Shown: positions 1-10,176, counted from the stretch's first letter. The stretch: 50,594 nucleotides of DNA from Candidatus Aenigmatarchaeota archaeon (GCA_043799385.1 JAZDNV010000016.1:1-50594), one strand, 5' to 3'. A program made the numbers and translations. The notes: generated from the sequence alone by a model not told the origin.

Positions 1-118
1 ATTTACTACCCTTTAGTGAATATTTAAGCATTTCTATTGGCGAACATATTCGCTGCAAAATGTAGGTTAAAGTACTAACCTACTCAGGGATAAAAAACAT
101 GATTTACAACCATTATTA

Positions 119-1255
119 ATGAAAAGAGCCCTGCTATTCCTGCTTTTGCTTTCTGCCGTTGCAAGTGCAGCTCGAGTTGAGGCGTTCCTGAGCCCAGACA
201 ACAGCTTTCAGGCATTGCATGACTTTATCCAAGGTGGAAATTTGTATATAGCGTCTTATACGTTCACTAATCCGTACATAATGGACGGGCTTATAGGGGC
301 GAAAAACATCACTATATTAATAGATGCCAGCCCTGCCGGCGGATTGATTGGCAAAGAATTGCTTTGCGAGATGCAGAAGAACAACATTTCTGTCCACCTT
401 TTTTATGGCAAGGGCTACATGCACGCAAAATATATAATAAAAGGCAGCGCAGTTCTCGTGTCTTCTGAAAATATCGGCGACGATGGCTATCCGAAATATA
501 ATTATGGCAACCGCGGTTACGGAGTTATCGTGTATGATGAGAATATCGCAAAAGAATTCATGAAAATATTCAATGAAGACATGAAAAACTCGAAGCAATT
601 CGTCTGCAACCTGACTGATTACAGGATAAATTATGACGATAAGAAAGGAAAGTCAACATTCCAGCAAAAATCATTCGATAACCAGATGATCAGAACAATA
701 TTCGCACCAAACGCGACTGACGATATACTTTCTCTCATCAACTCAGCTGACAAATCCCTGCATATCGAACAGTTCTACATCTATCGCTACTGGAAGAATT
801 CTTCTAACCCTTTTTTAGAGGCAGCGATAGAAAGGGCAAGAAATGGAGTTGACGTGAAAATACTTTTAGATAGCATCTGGTACAACGTTGACAAGAAAGA
901 CGAGAACAGCAATTTTTATACCGCAGAATACGTGAATGGGATAGCAAGAAAAGAAAATTTGAGTCTGGAAGCAAGACTCGTGGACTTGGACAAACTCGGC
1001 TTTCAGGAGGTTCATAACAAGGGAATGATTGTAGATGAATCGATTGTTCTTGTTTCATCGATTAACTGGAACGAGAACTCGCCAAAAAATAACAGGGAAG
1101 TCGGATTGGTGATAAGCGGCGAATCCGCGAAATACTTTCTCGCCGCGTTTGAATATGACTGGAGTGGTGGCAAAGAAGACAATAATTTTGTCTTGCTTAT
1201 AAGTTTAGTTATAGTCGCAATAATAATCATTTTTATTCTTGTGAGTAGAAGATGA
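119..1255 (+). CDS. Phospholipase D superfamily protein, secreted and C-terminally membrane anchored
   Basis: N-terminal signal peptide; two HKD-type motifs (HAKYIIKG degenerate, HNKGMIVD...SSINWN canonical); C-terminal hydrophobic helix followed by RR. Confidence 0.85.
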   Translation: MKRALLFLLLLSAVASAARVEAFLSPDNSFQALHDFIQGGNLYIASYTFTNPYIMDGLIGAKNITILIDASPAGGLIGKELLCEMQKNNISVHLFYGKGYMHAKYIIKGSAVLVSSENIGDDGYPKYNYGNRGYGVIVYDENIAKEFMKIFNEDMKNSKQFVCNLTDYRINYDDKKGKSTFQQKSFDNQMIRTIFAPNATDDILSLINSADKSLHIEQFYIYRYWKNSSNPFLEAAIERARNGVDVKILLDSIWYNVDKKDENSNFYTAEYVNGIARKENLSLEARLVDLDKLGFQEVHNKGMIVDESIVLVSSINWNENSPKNNREVGLVISGESAKYFLAAFEYDWSGGKEDNNFVLLISLVIVAIIIIFILVSRR

Positions 1256-1259
1256 TATT

Positions 1260-2612
1260 ATGTATGAGAATTATTCTGATGAGATACAGAATTTTCTGAA
1301 AAGCAACCACATAGAAATTGGCCAGCGGATTTCCATAAAGAAGGATGAGGAATGCTACGAAGGGTTGCTCATGCCAAAGAGCAGCGGCAATCCGCATTGC
1401 CTGGTGATAAAACTGGACAACGGCTACAACATCGGCATAGATTTCAAGAACGTTGAGATAAAGAAGATGAAAGAGATAAGAGAAATAACCAAACCGCATG
1501 CGAAATTGAGAATAAGGCATGATTCAGGCAAGCCGACAATAGTGATATTGCACACAGGCGGGACGGTCGCTTCTCGTGTTGATTACAGGACAGGCGCAGT
1601 ATCGCCAGCATTCTCGTCCGAGGACATAATTGCGATGTTTCCCGAGCTTCAGGATATCGCGAACATACGCTCCAGATTGGTCAGAAACATGTGGTCGCAG
1701 GATATGCGATTTTCACATTATAACATACTTGCAAAGGAAGTGGCGAAAGAGCTAGAAGAAGGGTGCGATGGAATAATAATAACGCACGGAACAGACATGA
1801 TGGCCGTTACGTCTGCGGCGCTGGCATTCATTCTAGAAGACGTGCCGGTACCCGTTATTCTCGTGGGTTCGCAACGCTCTTCTGACCGCGGCTCTAGTGA
1901 CGCGGCAATGAACCTGATATGCGCTGCTAGATTCATTGCAAATAGCGATTTCAGTGAAGTTGCCCTTTGTATGCACGAGAACATGAGCGATGAGAACTGC
2001 CTTATACTGCCAGCGACGAAAACAAGAAAAATGCACACGTCACGTCGCGATGCATTCCGTCCGATAAATGCACAGCCTTTCGCGAGAGTAAGCTATTCAG
2101 GAGTCATTGAATTCATGAACGACAGTTACAAAAAGAAGGATATAAAAAGAAGGCTAGCGCTGAAGCTGATAAAGGAAAACATAAAGGTCGGAGTGATTAA
2201 AAACCGCAACAACATGTTTGCCGATGAATTCCTTTTCTACAGTAATTACGACGGATTGATTATCGAGGCCAGTGGCCTTGGCTGCTCGCCGATAAGCAGG
2301 ATAGATGATTTAACAGAAGAGAGCGGTAAAACCCTTTCTGCAATCAAAACACTTTTAGAGAACAATGTTGTCGTTTTTCTTGCTCCGCAGACAATATACG
2401 GACGGATAAACATGAATGTTTACGAGGACCAGAGGATTATGAAATCTCTTGGCGTTTTGGGCGACCAATCAGATATGCTGTCAGAAACAGCATACGTAAA
2501 GCTTGCATGGGCGTTGAGCAACTATCCGAAAGAGAAGACTGCGGATATAATGATGCAGAACCTCAGGGGCGAGCTTTCCGAAAGAAACGATTCGAATACT
2601 TTTTTATACTGA
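1260..2612 (+). CDS. gatD: Glu-tRNA(Gln) amidotransferase subunit D
   Basis: KLDNGYNIG N-domain; asparaginase motifs TGGTVASRVDYRTGAV, HGTD, SQRSSDRGSSD, KMHTSRRDAF. Confidence 0.97.
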   Translation: MYENYSDEIQNFLKSNHIEIGQRISIKKDEECYEGLLMPKSSGNPHCLVIKLDNGYNIGIDFKNVEIKKMKEIREITKPHAKLRIRHDSGKPTIVILHTGGTVASRVDYRTGAVSPAFSSEDIIAMFPELQDIANIRSRLVRNMWSQDMRFSHYNILAKEVAKELEEGCDGIIITHGTDMMAVTSAALAFILEDVPVPVILVGSQRSSDRGSSDAAMNLICAARFIANSDFSEVALCMHENMSDENCLILPATKTRKMHTSRRDAFRPINAQPFARVSYSGVIEFMNDSYKKKDIKRRLALKLIKENIKVGVIKNRNNMFADEFLFYSNYDGLIIEASGLGCSPISRIDDLTEESGKTLSAIKTLLENNVVVFLAPQTIYGRINMNVYEDQRIMKSLGVLGDQSDMLSETAYVKLAWALSNYPKEKTADIMMQNLRGELSERNDSNTFLY

Positions 2613-2613
2613 T

Positions 2614-3057
2614 TTAGAAACTGGATAAAATCATCATCGTCTCCGTCTTTTCAACGCCGTCCATATTTCTAAGGTACTTTGTAATAAAAGTGTCCAGTTC
2701 CTCGACGTCATTCACCTTGATGCGGATGACTATGTCCGACCGTCCGGTTATCATGCTGACCTCTTCTACAAATTCGTGATTTTTTAACATCTTTGCAATC
2801 TCATGCTGTGTCACACCTTTCTCCTTTAGCAATTTGTAATCCACAGTCAGCAAAATATATGCGGAAATGTTCTTACCAGCCTTCTTGTCGTCAAGAACGA
2901 TAGTATAGTTCTTTATTACGCCGGTTTTTTCAAGCTTTTTTATCCTGTTGTGTATTGTCGTTGTCGGTATGAGCGTCTTTTTGGCTATCTGCTGCGTTGA
3001 CAGCTTTGAATTTTTTTTCAGAACGCTTATTATCTTCCAGTCCTTATCATCCAGCAT
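2614..3057 (-). CDS. Lrp/AsnC family transcriptional regulator
   Basis: LDDKDWKII...IHNRIKKLEKTGVI HTH followed by a RAM domain (ITGRSD...GVEKTETM). Confidence 0.93.
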   Translation of the reverse strand: MLDDKDWKIISVLKKNSKLSTQQIAKKTLIPTTTIHNRIKKLEKTGVIKNYTIVLDDKKAGKNISAYILLTVDYKLLKEKGVTQHEIAKMLKNHEFVEEVSMITGRSDIVIRIKVNDVEELDTFITKYLRNMDGVEKTETMMILSSF

Positions 3058-3074
3058 TGGAATAGTTATTCCAA
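3057..3074. promoter_or_regulatory. Palindrome at the Lrp gene start, candidate operator
   Basis: TTGGAATA-GT-TATTCCAA lies between the TATA-like tract (about 3075-3089) and the ATG at 3057. Confidence 0.5.
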
Positions 3075-3169
3075 AAAATATATAAAAACATCATTTTTTT
3101 GCATAAATATCCCGGATTTTGACAATAATTTTTTATAAAATCAAGATAAATAATATATAGGTAACTAAT

Positions 3170-3406
3170 ATGGTCTGCAGTTTGTGCGGCGAAGAGGTTT
3201 TGCTGAGATTCTTGAGGAGATTTGCATTTAAAGTGAATAAAAGAGATTTCAATAATGCGCTTCTATCGACGAGAAGAATACTGAAGAATAATGGCGAGTA
3301 TAGAGAAGGCCTGTTCTTCAAGACAATTTTTGACGAACTTAACCGCAGCGTTGATTGGCGAACGTCTATGGAATTAGAAAACGAATTTCTGAAAATTTTG
3401 AAATAG
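3170..3406 (+). CDS. Small hypothetical protein with N-terminal CxxC
   Basis: 78-aa ORF filling an intergenic gap, with AGGT upstream of the ATG. Confidence 0.6.
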   Translation: MVCSLCGEEVLLRFLRRFAFKVNKRDFNNALLSTRRILKNNGEYREGLFFKTIFDELNRSVDWRTSMELENEFLKILK

Positions 3407-3452
3407 CCTATTACTATAACGCTGTTATAAAGATTCATATGCCATTAGGAAT

Positions 3453-3725
3453 ATGACTCGCTGCGAAAAAATAATTAAGTTTTTGCCTGCCCTGCGGGCG
3501 TTCATTGCAAAAGAGCTGGTGTACGAATACAAATCGAATCAATTGGAGGCAGCGCAGCTTCTTGGCGTTACGCAATCCGCTATATCGCAATACGTAAGCG
3601 ACAAGCGCGGCCGCACGAGAATAAGAAATATCGATGAGGTGAAAAAATCCTGCACCAAGATTTACAATAAGGAATCGACGCTGGACGAAGAGTTGTGCCG
3701 CTTGTGCAAGATAATGATTGAATAG
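3453..3725 (+). CDS. Small archaeal HTH transcriptional regulator (COG2522-like)
   Basis: CE...LPALRAFIAKEL...QLEAAQLLGVTQSAISQY...KRG; C-terminal CxxC. Confidence 0.85.
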   Translation: MTRCEKIIKFLPALRAFIAKELVYEYKSNQLEAAQLLGVTQSAISQYVSDKRGRTRIRNIDEVKKSCTKIYNKESTLDEELCRLCKIMIE

Positions 3726-3729
3726 AAAA

Positions 3730-4539
3730 TTACTTCTTTTTCTGCAACTTTATCATCACAAACGTGAATATACCGCCTATGAGCGGCAGGAAAACCCTGA
3801 GGAATTCGAGCATTGCCCAGACGCCGAATGCCGTCAGCAACGGGAGCCAGCGGATGTATGCATCGAACAACGGCATATTGTCTATTGCCGCGGTTATTTG
3901 CTTGCTTATCTCCTCTTTCGGTAATTGTTGGCCGAATGGCACCGATTCTGCAACTATTTTTTCCAACGTGCTCGATAAATCTGATTTGAAATTGTTCTGG
4001 TAATAGCTAAGGTTATATAATAACGACAGAAAGACGCCGACTGCTATCATTATGTTTATTATCATCAACGCCTTGCCTATTGAATTCGAGCCAACGCGGA
4101 ACAGAACCCACCGCTTCAACTCTTTTCCATACGTATTGGATAAAGACATCACGAATATGTTTGTGATTATTATGCCAGCTGATAGGAGTATTGATGTTAT
4201 CGAGAAGCGGAACACTATCAATACGGGCAAAATGCAGATACCGCTAAACAAAGCTATTTTCCTTTCGTCTTTGAAGAAGCCGTATGAACTCAGGAAAGAA
4301 AAGCCTAAAACAACAAATATCATGGCAAGCAGCAACGTATAGAATTGGTTGATGATAAATCCAATCGCACTCATCGTAGTCATGCCCCTTGTCTCCAAAA
4401 GCATTGATTTCAGAAAGCTGTTCTGAATGTTCACTAAAAAACCGACAGAAAGGTTGCTGACGAGCAGAGCGAAGATTAAGAAAGAAACAAAGACACCTGA
4501 TATGGTTACTATATCCTTTCTACTTAGATCTAAATTCAT
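3730..4539 (-). CDS. Multi-pass membrane protein of unknown function
   Basis: About six hydrophobic segments; start overlaps the end of the upstream gene. Confidence 0.75.
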   Translation of the reverse strand: MNLDLSRKDIVTISGVFVSFLIFALLVSNLSVGFLVNIQNSFLKSMLLETRGMTTMSAIGFIINQFYTLLLAMIFVVLGFSFLSSYGFFKDERKIALFSGICILPVLIVFRFSITSILLSAGIIITNIFVMSLSNTYGKELKRWVLFRVGSNSIGKALMIINIMIAVGVFLSLLYNLSYYQNNFKSDLSSTLEKIVAESVPFGQQLPKEEISKQITAAIDNMPLFDAYIRWLPLLTAFGVWAMLEFLRVFLPLIGGIFTFVMIKLQKKK

Positions 4540-5767
4540 AGTTGAACTTCTCTCCCTTTTCCTTTCTCTTGATTTTCAGCCTTTTGAGTATACTTTTTAT
4601 TTTTGATTCTTCCTTAGGTTTCCACATCTTTTCCGCACCTTTGGCAGGCATCATCATGTAGACGACAACACCTATCACGATAACAACGACAACACCGATT
4701 ATTATAATAAGGGTCAAATCAGTACCAGCCGGTATCGCAGCAGTGCTTATCTTTGATTTGAGTTCGTCGATTTTATTTTTTACATCATCCAACAACTGAT
4801 TCGCCGTGAAATAATCACTCTTGTCCATGCTCGCATTTGCTTGAGTAAGCTTATCCTTTATCGCGTTGTAAGCGCTCCACAAATCAGTGACGTTCGCACC
4901 CCTGCCTTCAATGCTTAGTATTTCGTTTTTTAGGGTATCGAACAATGACGTATAATTCTGGTATTTTGGCAGTATGTCCTGAGCTACTGTCTCAGCGCTC
5001 GGTAAAACGTTTATGTTGAATTTGCTGGCAGCAGTTACGGATACGTTGCTTGTTGATATGCTTGTTGTTATTCCATACGTTTTGACAGCCGCACTGGCCG
5101 GCGCAGAGAATGTTATTGTAAACGTCACAGAAGAATTTATCGATAGGTTGGCGAATTTCGAAACAGCCATCGTGTACCAGTCAAAACCGCTCAACGATAT
5201 GCTGATGTTATACAAATTCAACGCTCCATTATTCTTGATAGTGAGCGATTTTGTTGCCGAGGTGTTCTGCGTCAAATTAAAGTCGTTTATATACGTTGTA
5301 ATCGTTATCGATGCAAGCTTTCCTGTAGTTGTGTTTGTAGTCGTTTGCAATGTAGTTCCGCTTGTCGTCGTAGTTGTTGAAGTCGTGCACGCGCCAGCTG
5401 AGCATGTCGTGTTCGTGGCGTTGCAGTTCGTGGTCATCGACCAGTTTCCGTTGGTGCACGTCATCACAAGCAATCCATAGCAGGTCGTAGTAGAAGTGGA
5501 AAAATTCCCACCGTCATGGTAGCAACCCGTCACAGACGATGAGTTGCACCAGCCTTTTTTTCCGCCAGCGCTGACGTTGTCGTAATCAATAAAGCATTTG
5601 TATCTGCCGACGTCCATGCACTCGGATGTTGCATTGCAGTACTGGATCGAATAACCGGTTAATCCTGTTACTTCAGGGACCTGAACATATGTTAGATTTA
5701 TCGTTCCGTTCGTCTCGGCAAACGCAAGGCTAGAAATTAGAAGCAAGAACGCTAAAAAATATCGCAT
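4520..5767 (-). CDS. Cell-surface glycoprotein (Cys-rich module, Thr-rich linker, Ig/CARDB-like domain, helical stalk, C-terminal TM)
   Basis: Start moved to ATG 5767 (MRYFLAFLLL signal peptide), which removes the overlap with the upstream gene; many N-x-S/T sequons; TM followed by a basic tail. Confidence 0.8.
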   Translation of the reverse strand: MRYFLAFLLLISSLAFAETNGTINLTYVQVPEVTGLTGYSIQYCNATSECMDVGRYKCFIDYDNVSAGGKKGWCNSSSVTGCYHDGGNFSTSTTTCYGLLVMTCTNGNWSMTTNCNATNTTCSAGACTTSTTTTTSGTTLQTTTNTTTGKLASITITTYINDFNLTQNTSATKSLTIKNNGALNLYNISISLSGFDWYTMAVSKFANLSINSSVTFTITFSAPASAAVKTYGITTSISTSNVSVTAASKFNINVLPSAETVAQDILPKYQNYTSLFDTLKNEILSIEGRGANVTDLWSAYNAIKDKLTQANASMDKSDYFTANQLLDDVKNKIDELKSKISTAAIPAGTDLTLIIIIGVVVVIVIGVVVYMMMPAKGAEKMWKPKEESKIKSILKRLKIKRKEKGEKFNYEFRSK

Positions 5768-5772
5768 TTTAA

Positions 5773-7110
5773 TCACGGTATTGCTCTGAACAGCATCCAG
5801 TAATTTGTATACCATCTTGATGAGCTCTGTGTCCTGTCTGGTATTATCATTCTCAGCAGAATAGAGTACATGTTGTTGGTATTTACCGTTAATGACACGC
5901 CTGTTGAATCTACGCTTTGCGTAGACGTGTAGTTAGTCGTGATGTTCATATAATTGTTGCTGTTTCCGCTCTCCCTGAACGTTGCATAGTAAGATGCGTT
6001 AAATAGATACGTTGCATTAGTGAGATTCATAGTATATCCTTCCGCAGACGTCCAGTTACTCATCTTGAACTGTATTAATCCTGAAACATTAGCCGTGAAA
6101 TTCAGGGTAAAGTTGAACTCCCAGTAATCCGAGCCGTTTATTATTGCCGCATTTTTTATCGCAGTCACGTTCTGGACGATTATCAGCTGTTTTGTGGTGA
6201 TGTTTATTGCAGAATTATCCCTTACATACATAGGCGCGCTTGATATATTGCTGCCATGCAGTACAGAAGCAACTGCTTTGCTGTCGATTGCAGAAGAGTT
6301 GATGTCCACGATAAATCTTACTGTCACATTATCATTAGTTGAGAGAAAAGTCGCGTAGGATACGTTTAGTCTTGTGGCATTCCATGCGACGGTTACAGCT
6401 GCTGCGCTGTATCCATATGTGTTGGTTCCGCCTGCAGAAACTATTGTTATGTTGGTCCAGTTGACTATCGTGTATCCCACAGGAACGATTATATCAGTTT
6501 TATTAATTTTGTCAGCCCCAGTCATGTTGAGTGTGTACTGCAGCGTCTGCTGTATTACGCTAGTATCAACGAATTTTGGCGTAATGCTCGCTACGGCATG
6601 TATGTCTTGAATTTGCGGCTGGCCGGAGATGGTGCTGTTCGCAATATCGTTTATAGAAACATTGCTTCCTGCATCAACACCAAAGCTGGTGGATGAAACG
6701 TTCACGGATGTTATGTTGAATACTGGTGCAGAAGCGGAAACGTTGATGTATATTGATAAAACAGTATTTGCCGCGGAATTCACGACGAGCATAATAGGGA
6801 AAACGATTGTAAAATTGGTTGCAGAGCTGTTTGTCCTGTTGGCACCTATTACAACGTTCGTAGAGTTCCATATCTCTACTGCAGATATTATGACTGGTGT
6901 TGAATTACCGATGGTCACGTTTATGTTGTTTATGTAAACCGTTCCGTTGCCGACGCCACCGGTCGCGTTCATTGATAGGTTAAGCATTAGATATGACTGG
7001 TTTGTATTGATGTACAAAGGCGCTGAATTTGTTGAAGTGATGTTGAGGTGTCCTGCAGCGAAAACAGGCGTTGCAATGAGCAGTAGAGCTAAAACACCTA
7101 CAAATTTCAT
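5773..7110 (-). CDS. Secreted Asn/Thr-rich beta-strand surface glycoprotein
   Basis: Signal peptide MKFVGVLALLLIATPVFA; very dense N-x-S/T sequons. Confidence 0.8.
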   Translation of the reverse strand: MKFVGVLALLLIATPVFAAGHLNITSTNSAPLYINTNQSYLMLNLSMNATGGVGNGTVYINNINVTIGNSTPVIISAVEIWNSTNVVIGANRTNSSATNFTIVFPIMLVVNSAANTVLSIYINVSASAPVFNITSVNVSSTSFGVDAGSNVSINDIANSTISGQPQIQDIHAVASITPKFVDTSVIQQTLQYTLNMTGADKINKTDIIVPVGYTIVNWTNITIVSAGGTNTYGYSAAAVTVAWNATRLNVSYATFLSTNDNVTVRFIVDINSSAIDSKAVASVLHGSNISSAPMYVRDNSAINITTKQLIIVQNVTAIKNAAIINGSDYWEFNFTLNFTANVSGLIQFKMSNWTSAEGYTMNLTNATYLFNASYYATFRESGNSNNYMNITTNYTSTQSVDSTGVSLTVNTNNMYSILLRMIIPDRTQSSSRWYTNYWMLFRAIP

Positions 7111-7206
7111 ATATTTTCTATAGCTATGGTGAAATTTAAAGGTTACTGGATTTTCAAACCACTGCCTGAAAAATAGGGATTTAAAGATTTCATATATACC
7201 TCAGCC

Positions 7207-7980
7207 ATGTCAGTTGAAATTTATCCATCAGGAGCAAGCCTTGACGTAGATGAAGCCTTTGTCAAGGAGAAATTCGGGCAGATTTATCCGGATTCAGTTG
7301 GCATAATGGAAGAAGGCGTAGACAGATTCCATCTGGTTTGCTGGACCGATTCGGATTTCATACCAATAGCCAACATAGACAAAGAACAAGGTATGCAGGC
7401 TCTGAAAATAAGACTTGAAAAAGAGCTCTACGAGCATTATTGCAATCACGATGAAGTATCTTCTGCCTTAGGGGTTAGTCCATATCTGCTACCCAGGCAT
7501 GCAAAGATACTGGGCGTTGCTGTTCATGATATAAAGAAAAGTAAATTAAATGACACCCTTATCATGCATGGATATAGTGCAAAAAAGGCTGCTGAGGTTT
7601 TGAGTCAAGCATCAGGCACTGATTATACTGAAAAAAATCTAATGTTCGATATCGCCTGTCTGATTTTATGTCCAAGGATACCAATGTCCGTTGTATACTG
7701 TGATGGCGATGACGTGTGCATGAAAAGAAAGCCCATAGAAACCACAATGACAGCAAATGCACGATTAGCGGTTAAGAATAATGGTTATGAATTCAACTGG
7801 GAAATTAAAGGTCCTGGCGACGATATAATTGAAAGTGGCAGCAGCGTTAATTCGCTTTACCGTATAATCGGTTATGCGTCCAGCAGAATGTTCGGAACAG
7901 TTGAGGCGTATCTGACTGGTTCTACTAACGTGCCTGAGATAAAGGCGTTCTATAATAAATTCAGAAGGGAGCGCTCCTAG
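7207..7980 (+). CDS. Hypothetical protein
   Basis: 257-aa ORF with TTTAAA upstream; no family recognised; stop codon lies within the antisense 3' end of tRNA-Arg. Confidence 0.7.
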   Translation: MSVEIYPSGASLDVDEAFVKEKFGQIYPDSVGIMEEGVDRFHLVCWTDSDFIPIANIDKEQGMQALKIRLEKELYEHYCNHDEVSSALGVSPYLLPRHAKILGVAVHDIKKSKLNDTLIMHGYSAKKAAEVLSQASGTDYTEKNLMFDIACLILCPRIPMSVVYCDGDDVCMKRKPIETTMTANARLAVKNNGYEFNWEIKGPGDDIIESGSSVNSLYRIIGYASSRMFGTVEAYLTGSTNVPEIKAFYNKFRRERS

Positions 7981-8108
7981 CGCGATTTGAACGCGCGACC
8001 CCTTGCTTTCACACCTGACGGTATCATCATCACATAGCAAAGCTATGCTCTGTTCACCTCCGCGTCAGATAGGAGGCAAGTGCTCTATCCAAACTGAGCT
8101 ATAGGAGC
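7972..8108 (-). tRNA. tRNA-Arg(CCU) with a 62-nt intron (8008-8069, position 37/38)
   Basis: Acceptor GCTCCTA/TAGGAGC+G; D-loop GGA (A20, an Arg determinant); anticodon arm CTTGC-CT-CCT-A^A-GCAAG; T-loop TTCAAAT. No strict BHB, so 36/37 is also possible. Confidence 0.88.
8008..8069 (-). ncRNA. Candidate intron-encoded K-turn / box C/D-like RNA in tRNA-Arg(CCU)
   Basis: D-like CAGA (8052-8049), stem GCATAGC-TTT-GCTATGT, consensus C box ATGATGA (8030-8024), forming a standard kink-turn. Confidence 0.55.
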
Positions 8109-8150
8109 ACAAGTAACATATTATAGAAATGATTTTAAAAATAGTAAAAC

Positions 8151-9950
8151 TTAGATGAAAACCTTTATTTCATTTTTTATCAATGCATTCAGAACAGATT
8201 TTCCGATGTCCGAGTCCTTCGCGACTCGTATGCTTCCGTTTTTGCCTATGGTTGCGGAAAATATGTATTCGTTGTCTGAGTAGAAATTCGCTACCCTGCC
8301 CTGTTTTTCCTTGAACGAGAATATAAGATAAGCGCCCGATTCCTCTTTCTCGAATTTTATCTCCTTGCCGAGCGTTGATACATTTGGCAAAACCTCGATG
8401 CCGATACCGAGCTTCTTCTCAAGCTCGCTTATCGTCTTTCCATCTTTTCCTATAAGCTTTCCTATTATATCGTTCTCGACACGAACGACTGCACGATCAT
8501 TGGCTATATCCACGACTGCATTCCTGTCAAATTTGCTTATCTCAGAGAATATTCGTTGCTTCGCCAGTTTTATTATCGGCGACTCCTTCGTCTTCGTTAC
8601 TGGTATTATCACGTTCTCCTCGCCATAGGTGTAGATTTCGTATTTCAATTCATTGGTTTCGAAATTCCTAACTTCTACGATTGGCCGTGCCAGATCTGCC
8701 TCAGTCATGCCTGTCGGCGTGCGTACGACCAACGATAATCCGTAGACTTCTCTGATAACACCATCTTTTATGTATATAATGAGGTCAATAATGTGCGGTA
8801 TCATGCCCAGCTCGATGCGACCGATGAATCGCTGCACAGCATCAATAGGGTCAGAGGCGTGAACAACACCAATCATACCTATCCCAGATAGCCGCATATC
8901 GGCAAATATCTCGAATTCCTCTGTCTTCCTTACTTCGTCAAATACGGAGTAGTCGGGCCTTACCAGCAGTAGCAAATCAGCAGTGTTTGCAAAGGAGCCC
9001 TTGAGCTTCGTATACTGTGTTATCTCTGGCGGAACCTGCAAATCGCGCGGAGATTCCAGCGTCTTCACTATCGCTTTCTTTTCCTTCTCGAAGAACTCGG
9101 CGAGCGTCGCGGCGAACGTTGATTTTCCTGAGCCAGGCGGCCCGGCGATTAGAATTCCTTCAGCCTTCTTTAGCAGGCGTTCTTTCAGCTTTTCTGACAA
9201 TTTATAATCCTCCAGCTTAAGCTTTGTTATCGGTCGCACGACTGTTATCTCAACGCCGTCAGAAAAAGGCGGCCTTGCTATCGCGATACGCATGTCGCCC
9301 AACTGTACGACAGTCGCGGAGTGACCGCCAATCTCTATGAACGAATCCTCCTCGTATCGCGTAGCATCCATTACCTCGGTTATTATCTCTTCCAGTTCGT
9401 CTGAGGTGAGTTTTTCATCCCTGATCTTTACAAGTTTGAATTCACCAGGCTTGCCGATTTTTGCCAACGGTATGCAGCCGTCTTTCAGGTGAAGGCTCAT
9501 CGTGTCCTTTGTCAATAATTTCTCAAGTTTCAGTTCCTTTTTCTTTTCATAAGGCTTGAAATATTTCGTTTTTATTCCTTCTGCCTCTGCAACCATCGAT
9601 TGAACGATATCAGAAGTATAGATAGTCGCGTCTTCCTTTTTTGCGATATCAAGAATTAATGCATCTATTCGTCCATATTTGGATAATTGTATCTCTTCAT
9701 ACGTTTGTCGTCGACCGGCTTTTATGAGCGTGATTTTCTTATCATCGTGGTATTTCCTTATCTTCTTCAGGCCCTCAAGACCTTTGAACCCTACCTCGCG
9801 GCCGCGTGACGCCTGAGCTCGCAACTCTTCAACAACGAATTCAGGTATTATTATGTCCGCGTCCTTTACCTCACCCTTCTCTATGAGGTCCATCAGAACT
9901 CCGGATATTATTACGCTCGTGTCAGGAACAATCTTTTCCCTGTCTTTCAT
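8151..9950 (-). CDS. PIN-domain ATPase with KH domain (PINA / COG1855)
   Basis: PIN motif VPDTSVII; Walker [42 protein letters not shown]. Confidence 0.93.
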   Translation of the reverse strand: MKDREKIVPDTSVIISGVLMDLIEKGEVKDADIIIPEFVVEELRAQASRGREVGFKGLEGLKKIRKYHDDKKITLIKAGRRQTYEEIQLSKYGRIDALILDIAKKEDATIYTSDIVQSMVAEAEGIKTKYFKPYEKKKELKLEKLLTKDTMSLHLKDGCIPLAKIGKPGEFKLVKIRDEKLTSDELEEIITEVMDATRYEEDSFIEIGGHSATVVQLGDMRIAIARPPFSDGVEITVVRPITKLKLEDYKLSEKLKERLLKKAEGILIAGPPGSGKSTFAATLAEFFEKEKKAIVKTLESPRDLQVPPEITQYTKLKGSFANTADLLLLVRPDYSVFDEVRKTEEFEIFADMRLSGIGMIGVVHASDPIDAVQRFIGRIELGMIPHIIDLIIYIKDGVIREVYGLSLVVRTPTGMTEADLARPIVEVRNFETNELKYEIYTYGEENVIIPVTKTKESPIIKLAKQRIFSEISKFDRNAVVDIANDRAVVRVENDIIGKLIGKDGKTISELEKKLGIGIEVLPNVSTLGKEIKFEKEESGAYLIFSFKEKQGRVANFYSDNEYIFSATIGKNGSIRVAKDSDIGKSVLNALIKNEIKVFI

Positions 9951-10024
9951 ACAATCACAATTGAAATTAATCTATAAACTTAAATTGCTTCTTGGGGGTG
10001 GGAAATGAATCTTAAATACGTTTA

Positions 10025-10156
10025 ATGAATCCAGGAATTATGGAAAAGCAAAAATGCCGTGAATGCGGATCCACTAAAATAGCAATGAACAAAACAGATG
10101 AGAGCAAGTATTGCAGAGCGTGCGGAGCAATTATCGAAGAGGTAAGGTTCGCATAA
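10025..10156 (+). CDS. 43-aa TFIIB-type zinc-ribbon protein (absent from the ORF track)
   Basis: Hand translation MNPGIMEKQKCRECGSTKIAMNKTDESKYCRACGAIIEEVRFA; CxxCG-x14-CxxCG; alternative start at 10040. Confidence 0.75.
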   Translation: MNPGIMEKQKCRECGSTKIAMNKTDESKYCRACGAIIEEVRFA

Positions 10157-10176
10157 GCAAATTGCAATGGATTCTA

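Noticed and set aside
40..83. Two short hairpins (GCGAA/TTCGC and GTAGGTTA/TAACCTAC) at the window edge
   Set aside because: No TSD or enclosing stem visible and context is truncated; too weak to call
7972..8108. Reading the intron-containing tRNA as Trp(CCA) via a 35/36 splice, which would match the known C/D-containing Trp intron
   Set aside because: A20 and G73 fit Arg, and no BHB supports 35/36; tRNA-seq would settle it
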